A stretch of DNA of 30,244 nucleotides. Origin: Candidatus Fraserbacteria bacterium. GTDB lineage: Bacteria > Bipolaricaulota > Bipolaricaulia > RBG-16-55-9 > DRXL01. Both the position numbers and the translations under genes were made by a program. The stretch covers positions 1 through 30,244 of the forward strand of contig CAMTVK010000004.1 in assembly GCA_947085185.1 (NCBI GenBank), read 5' to 3'. The notes under the pieces are model-generated. The model was given only the letters and a program-made list of their open reading frames with translations, did no database searches and was not told the origin of the DNA. Of this stretch, positions 24,999 through 30,244 are shown piece after piece; within the stretch, counting starts at the first letter, position 1; each line of letters opens with the position of its first letter.

Positions 24999-25997
24999 AT
25001 GTCACGGGTGTTCTTGGTCGGTGTGTTGGTCGTGGTGGTAGCGTCTTTGGTGGTGGCTCAACCGTCGGGCGAGCTGGTGATCTACTCTGGGCGCAGTGAG
25101 CCCTTGATCGTCCCGGTCATCCAGCTCTTTCAGCAGCAGACCGGCGTGAGGGTGACGCTCCAGAGCGGCACAGCGACCGCTCTTGCTAATCTCATCTTGC
25201 AGGAGCAACCCAACCCCAGGGCGGATCTGTTCATCGCTAACGACGCTGGGACGTTAGAGTTCCTCAACCTCAAAAAAGCCCTTCAGTCCTATATCTCTGA
25301 GCAGATCAAAAAGATTCCCGAAAACTTTCGTGCCCGCGACGGCAGTTGGCTTGGGGTCTCCGGCCGCAGCCGCGTCATCATGTACAATACGAAGCTCTTA
25401 AAGCCCGAAGAGCTTCCCCAATCGGTCTTCGAGCTCACCAACCCCACATGGAAGAACAAGATCGCGATGGCCACGACGCGCAATGAGTCGGTCATCGCCT
25501 GGGTAACGGCTCTGAGATTGACCAAGGGCGACGAGTTCACCAAAGAGTATCTGCTCAAGCTCAAAGCGAACGGCGTTGTGACCCTCAACGGGCATACTGA
25601 TGTGCGCAAGGCCGTCGGCCGGGGAGAGTTTGCTCTCGGGCTGATCAATCACTATTACTATCACTTGGAGGTGCGCGACGGCTCCCCTGTGGGGGTAATC
25701 TACCCCGATCAAGGACCTACTGATCTGGGGGTCTTGGTGAACGCTGCCGGTGCGGCGATCGTCAGGAACGCCAAGCGCCTCAGAGAAGCCCAGCGCTTTT
25801 TGGATTTTCTCGCTTCGCCTCAAGCGCAGAAGCTCTTTGCCGAGCTGAACTTCGAGTATCCGCTCCTGCCAGGGGTGCCCACGGCGCCCGGGGTGCGCCC
25901 GTTGGAGACCATTAAGCTCATGCCGGTGCGCCTGGATGAGCTAGGAGCAGAGCTCGAGAAGACATTAAAACTGTTAGACGAGGTCGGACTCGGGTAA
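24999..25997 (+). CDS. Fe3+ ABC transporter substrate-binding protein (FutA/FbpA-like)
   Basis: Signal peptide, YSGR, ADLF, RVIMYN, NHYYY tandem-Tyr motif, NFEYP; SD AAGGAGG. Confidence 0.9.
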   Translation: MSRVFLVGVLVVVVASLVVAQPSGELVIYSGRSEPLIVPVIQLFQQQTGVRVTLQSGTATALANLILQEQPNPRADLFIANDAGTLEFLNLKKALQSYISEQIKKIPENFRARDGSWLGVSGRSRVIMYNTKLLKPEELPQSVFELTNPTWKNKIAMATTRNESVIAWVTALRLTKGDEFTKEYLLKLKANGVVTLNGHTDVRKAVGRGEFALGLINHYYYHLEVRDGSPVGVIYPDQGPTDLGVLVNAAGAAIVRNAKRLREAQRFLDFLASPQAQKLFAELNFEYPLLPGVPTAPGVRPLETIKLMPVRLDELGAELEKTLKLLDEVGLG

Positions 25998-26009
25998 AAT
26001 AAGCTGCTC

Positions 26010-27647
26010 ATGGCTTCCTCGCGAACTCTTGTAAGACGCGCGTGGGCTCGCTGGGTCGGGCTGGGCTCGATCCAGCGAGCCGTTCTCTCCTTGATAGTGC
26101 TGGGCGTTGCCTGGGCGATAGCGCTCCCATTTATTATAACGCTTTGGCGCGGGATCACGGCAGGGACAGAGATTTGGAGCTCCCTCTGGCACGCGCGACT
26201 GGTGCCCTTGCTCGTCAGTACGCTCTTGCTGACCGGGGCCGTCACAGTTGGTGCGCTTGTCTTGGGAGGAAGCCTAGCATGGTTGATCGAGCGCACGGAC
26301 CTCCCCGGACGCCGCTGGCTCGGCCCTATGCTGGCTGCTCCGTTGGTCATGCCGTGCTATGTGATCGCCATTTGGCATGTCTCGTTCTGGGGGCCTGGAG
26401 GCGTGCTCAGCCGCCTCTTAGAACTCTTTGGTGTCTCTGTTCATGTCCCAACTCTCTATGGGTTTTTTGGGGCGTGGCTCATCTTAGTCATTGGGACTTA
26501 TCCCTATGTATATATGCTGACTCGAGCAGCGCTGCGTTCGCTCGACGTTCAGCTGGAAGAAGCTGCTCGCTCTCTAGGAGTTCGCAGATGGCACATCGTG
26601 ACGAGAGTCACTCTGCCCTTGCTCGCCCCGGCGCTCGCCGCAGGGGGACTATTGGCAGCTGTCTATGTGCTTTCTGATTACGGAGCCGTGGCGACGCTGC
26701 GCTACGAGACGTTTACCACAGCGATCTATAAGCAATTAGCTGGACGCTACGATCAAGCCCCTGCAGCGGCGATGAGCACGGTCTTGATTGCCCTCACGGT
26801 GCTCTTGCTTGTGGCACAGCAGCGCTTGTGGGGGCGTGGACGACACTATTACAAAGCTTCGCCCAGGCCACTCCCCTTGGTGCCGCTGCGCTCCTGGAAG
26901 AGATGGGCCGCGTTGGGGTTTCTCGTGCTCTGCGTGATCTTAGGGGTGCTCCTGCCAGGTGGGGTCTCGCTCTATTGGCTGCTTGAGGGGGTTGTTCATC
27001 CTCAGCCAATGGCAGCGTTCTGGGGGACGTCTCTTGCTGATTTAGGGAGTTATGCTTGGAATAGCCTGGTGAGCGCTTCTGCTGCGGCGACGGGCGCACT
27101 CTTTTTAGCTTGGCCGCTCGCGTATAGGGCTGTTCGATATAATGCGCGCGGTCTGGCAAGGCTCTCCCAAGCGGGCCAGGCCCTGCCGGGAGTGCTCATC
27201 GCTTTAGCGATAGCGCTGGTGCTTCATCGATTTGTGCCCTTTCTGTACTTCACCGTCTGGGCGTTGATTATCGCGTATATTGTGAGATTCTTTGCTGTGG
27301 CGCTCCAGGCTACAGAGGCAGGGCTGGCTCGTGTGCCGGTGCGCTTGGAAGAGGCCGCGCGCTCCCTGGGGTGTTCTTCTGTTGGGGTGTGGTGGCGCCT
27401 GACGCTGCCGCTGGTCAGGCCAAGCCTGATCGCTGGTTGGACTCTGGTCTTTCTCAACGCGCTGCGGGAGCTACCCGCGACGCTGCTGTTGCGTCCACCG
27501 GGATTTGACACCCTGCCGGTGCGCTTCTGGATTGCTGCTGGGGAGGGCTTTTACGCTCAGGCGGCCGCGCCCGCCCTGCTCCTGATGGTGCTCTCGCTCC
27601 CGCTGTTCTTCTTGGGGCATCAGCTGGAGGTCCACCGTGGCACATGA
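26010..27647 (+). CDS. Fe3+ ABC transporter permease (FbpB-like, two EAA loops)
   Basis: ERTDLPGR, two LEEAARSLG motifs, RELPATLLLRP; polytopic membrane protein. Confidence 0.92.
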   Translation: MASSRTLVRRAWARWVGLGSIQRAVLSLIVLGVAWAIALPFIITLWRGITAGTEIWSSLWHARLVPLLVSTLLLTGAVTVGALVLGGSLAWLIERTDLPGRRWLGPMLAAPLVMPCYVIAIWHVSFWGPGGVLSRLLELFGVSVHVPTLYGFFGAWLILVIGTYPYVYMLTRAALRSLDVQLEEAARSLGVRRWHIVTRVTLPLLAPALAAGGLLAAVYVLSDYGAVATLRYETFTTAIYKQLAGRYDQAPAAAMSTVLIALTVLLLVAQQRLWGRGRHYYKASPRPLPLVPLRSWKRWAALGFLVLCVILGVLLPGGVSLYWLLEGVVHPQPMAAFWGTSLADLGSYAWNSLVSASAAATGALFLAWPLAYRAVRYNARGLARLSQAGQALPGVLIALAIALVLHRFVPFLYFTVWALIIAYIVRFFAVALQATEAGLARVPVRLEEAARSLGCSSVGVWWRLTLPLVRPSLIAGWTLVFLNALRELPATLLLRPPGFDTLPVRFWIAAGEGFYAQAAAPALLLMVLSLPLFFLGHQLEVHRGT

Positions 27648-28416
27648 GATCGTCATAGAGAATCTGCTGAAGAGATTTTCTGATGATTTTACTCTGGGGC
27701 CGCTGTCGCTTGCGGTGAGCCAAAGCGAGCTGTTGGGGGTGATCGGGCCATCGGGGTCGGGCAAGACGACGCTGTTGCGGCTGATCGCGGGATTTGAACG
27801 TCCCGATTCGGGCCGTATCGTCATAGGCTCTCGCACCGTCGCTGACGCGATCCACTGGGTCGAGCCGGAAGATCGTGGGGTGGGCATGGTCTTCCAAGAG
27901 TATGCGCTCTTTCCCCATCTGACGGTCGCAGAGAATATCGCGTTTGGGGTGCCCAAGCCGGTGCGAGCGCAGCGTGTGCGAGAACTTATGGAGCTTGTGG
28001 GGCTTGCGGGATTTGCGGGGCGCTACCCCCATGAGCTTTCCGGGGGAGAGCAGCAGCGCGTCGCCATAGCGCGAGCCCTCGCAGCTGCGCCCAATGTGCT
28101 CTTGCTCGATGAGCCCTTTTCTCATTTAGATGCCGACTTGCGCCCCAAGATGCGCGCTTTTCTCAAAGTCTTATTGCAAAGACTCGGCTGCACCACGATC
28201 TTTGTCACCCATGACCAAGAAGAAGCGTTTGAGCTTGCCGATCGGGTGGCGGTGCTCAACGCGGGGCGCTTGGAGCAGATAGATGTGCCTGAGAGGCTCT
28301 ATCGTGAGCCAGCGACGCGCTTCGTCGCGGAGTTTATCGGCAGACCGTGCGCGGTGTGCCGGCGACTGATGCGCGCTGCTGATTTATTCTGCGCGCTGCC
28401 CCAGCTTCTGATCTAA
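27637..28416 (+). CDS. ABC transporter ATPase (FbpC-like, short)
   Basis: GPSGSGKT, VFQEYALFPH, LSGGEQQR, LLLDEP, VTHD; GTG start with GGAGG. Confidence 0.93.
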   Translation: MAHEIVIENLLKRFSDDFTLGPLSLAVSQSELLGVIGPSGSGKTTLLRLIAGFERPDSGRIVIGSRTVADAIHWVEPEDRGVGMVFQEYALFPHLTVAENIAFGVPKPVRAQRVRELMELVGLAGFAGRYPHELSGGEQQRVAIARALAAAPNVLLLDEPFSHLDADLRPKMRAFLKVLLQRLGCTTIFVTHDQEEAFELADRVAVLNAGRLEQIDVPERLYREPATRFVAEFIGRPCAVCRRLMRAADLFCALPQLLI

Positions 28417-28875
28417 GAGGAAGAGCCCCGCGCCCTCATCGCCGACGAGCTTTAACTGCTCTATGACTTCGCTGGCGCTCTTTTCTTCTTCGACTTGCTC
28501 CTCGATGAACCACTGGAGCATCACTTCGGTGGGGTAATCGTCCTCGTCGTCGGCCAGGTCATAGAGTTTGTTGATAGAATCAGTGATCTTTTGTTCGTGA
28601 GCCAGGGCTTTCTCAAAAGCGTCGAGTGGAGACTGAAAGTGTGTAGGGGGCTTGGCGATGGCGCCCAGCTCAACGCGCCCGCCGCGATCGGTGACAAAAT
28701 CGAAGATCTTCATGGCGTGGTTGATCTCTTCTTGGGCTTGCTGGCGCATCCAGTGGGCCATGCCTCGCAGGTTCTGGGCTTCGAAGTAGGCGCACATGGA
28801 CAGATAGACATACGCCGACTCGAGTTCTCGGACGATCTGGTCGTTGAGGGCTGTTTGGAGTCTCTTGCTGAGCAT
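28384..28875 (-). CDS. ftnA: Non-haem ferritin
   Basis: E..SAYVYLSM, QAQEEINHAMK, HEQKIT, LQWFIEEQVEEE ferroxidase motifs; SD AAGGAG. Confidence 0.95.
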   Translation of the reverse strand: MLSKRLQTALNDQIVRELESAYVYLSMCAYFEAQNLRGMAHWMRQQAQEEINHAMKIFDFVTDRGGRVELGAIAKPPTHFQSPLDAFEKALAHEQKITDSINKLYDLADDEDDYPTEVMLQWFIEEQVEEEKSASEVIEQLKLVGDEGAGLFLLDQKLGQRAE

Positions 28876-28907
28876 GATAGTACCACTCCTTCGGAGAAGA
28901 TAGAGTT

Positions 28908-28937
28908 ATTGTAAACAGAAGACCATGCGCTTGGCAA
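28908..28937 (-). promoter_or_regulatory. Ferritin promoter
   Basis: TTGCCA, 18 bp, TACAAT. Confidence 0.6.
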
Positions 28938-29250
28938 GGTCTTGAGTCTTCCCGCACGCTAGACTTTGAGGTTGTCTGACGCTCTGCTTGCAGGATTTTC
29001 TGGACCATCCACCTGACGTGCTTGTCAGCAGTTCGGGCAATCAGCTTGGCGGGGGCTTTATGGGGCGCCGTGAGCCAAGGCTCGGAGTTTCGGCGACGTC
29101 GGGGATTGTGGAATCTTATTGGGGTAGCAGAGGGCCCAACTCCCGATCTATACGAGATTTTTCTGTGGGCTCTTGACTTTTTCCCTCGGTTGTAGTATAG
29201 ATAAGCTGAAATCCCAGAAAGACGCCCATCCCCACCCAGAGGGAGGAGCC

Positions 29251-30244
29251 ATGCGCATAGCTTCCTTGGGAAAGCTCGTCCTGGTCGTCGGTCTCGTCTC
29301 GGTCCTTGTCGGTTGTACCCCACTCTTCAAGCAGTCTCGGAATGTCACCCCCCCCCCCGCTGAACTCTGACTCCGCTTCTGCAGCAAACTTCCAAGCACT
29401 CAGTGCTCAACTCGGTGAGAGGTGTTCTGCTCCCATTCTCGAGCCAGAGCGCTCGGCCCTGCTCCAAGAGGCCTTGGCAGACTCCCAGTTGCAAGCAGTC
29501 AAGGCCCAGCTGGAGCGTCGCGGGTTTGGCATGAATGCCGACGAAGCCCAAGCGGTGCGGCTTGTCGGGGGAGAACAAGTGTTGATCCCCTTTGGGGGTG
29601 GAGCCCATCTCGTTTGGACGAGGGCCAACGGGCAGACAGCGGCAATGGGCTTGATCCGTCAAGGGAACAAGACGCTCAACGTCAGCGCGGATGGGCAGGA
29701 GCGCGTCGTCAGATTCCTCCCTGTGCAGAAGGTGGAGAAGCTGCTGCGCAAGCTGCGTGAGAAGCCCAAGTTCCAGCAGTTTGAGAGGAAGCTCCACCAG
29801 AAGGGGAAGCGAGTGGGGAAGGTCCGTGTGCTCTTTGACGAGACTAGCAAGCTTGCCATTGTGGGGATAGCCAGTGAGGGGAGTGATGAGAAGATCGCGC
29901 ATCAGGTGCGGATCAAGCTCAAGGCGGGGAGAGACGACGAGCCGGAAGAGAACGAGGAGCCAGTGATCCAGGCGACGGCCTGCGGGCAGGCAACTGGGGA
30001 AGCCGTGCCAACGGGAGCCAAGATGCAGGCCCAGATGTACTATGAAGGGGAGGGAGCGACGACTAGCGGCGCTTATTCTGAGGGGTACAATTATGAAGGC
30101 CCTCAGCTCTGCACATCCCAATGGGGGTATGACTACTGGTGCACCAGCACGACCCCGATGCTCAGCCTCTCGGTGACGAGCTTAGCGTTGGCAGCTTTCA
30201 AGGGCCAGAGCGTGCAAGCGACCCTAACGATCTGGAACTCTGGA
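29251..30244 (+). pseudogene. Lipoprotein gene frameshifted at a C11 tract (phase-OFF allele or sequencing error); continues beyond the window
   Basis: GGAGG plus ATG 29251; lipobox LVGC (Cys22); stop at 29370. The +1 frame 29360-30244 is open for 295 codons by hand translation. C10 or C13 would join the two frames. Confidence 0.85.
29348..29358 (+). repeat. Poly-C homopolymer (11 nt)
   Basis: GTCA-CCCCCCCCCCC-GCTG, located at the frame junction. Confidence 0.9.

Noticed and set aside
28940..29170. Riboswitch or ncRNA between ferritin and the lipoprotein gene
   Set aside because: Only short hairpins and no family signature I recognise; an Rfam search would be needed.
29345..30121. 258-aa minus-strand ORF and the many other antisense ORFs in the track
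   Set aside because: They are shadow frames of well-supported genes in GC-rich DNA.

Overview
Bacterial chromosomal window with two parts. (1) Positions 1-3773 are an integron gene-cassette array on the minus strand. It has five full or degenerate attC sites plus one half site, and no intI at its 5' end, where it abuts proC, so it is CALIN-like. Cassettes encode a SAM methyltransferase, a hicB-hicA toxin-antitoxin pair, a solo PD-(D/E)xK nuclease, a DUF2269-like membrane protein and a probably fused/truncated cassette. Two copies of an ORF-less sigma70 promoter module sit in the array; one is joined to hicBA by a deletion of its attC. (2) Positions 3945-30244 are mostly housekeeping: proC, GT2, rpiB, glyA, rho, LysM-M23, murA, hflX, holB, wecA-like, wecB, Wzz-like, cupin-type PGI, ppsA, phosphohexomutase, DUF4139-like, tRNA-Cys, tRNA-Val, a P-loop kinase, an Fe3+ ABC transporter and ferritin. 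The window ends in a lipoprotein gene frameshifted at a C11 tract. The strongest candidate for a new system is an XRE-HTH domain fused to a degenerate GalU-like domain. It is divergent from ppsA and directly upstream of the cupin PGI, and three TTCACT-N2-GTGAA-like boxes overlap its own promoter and the ppsA promoter. Family assignments come from remembered motifs; no searches were run.
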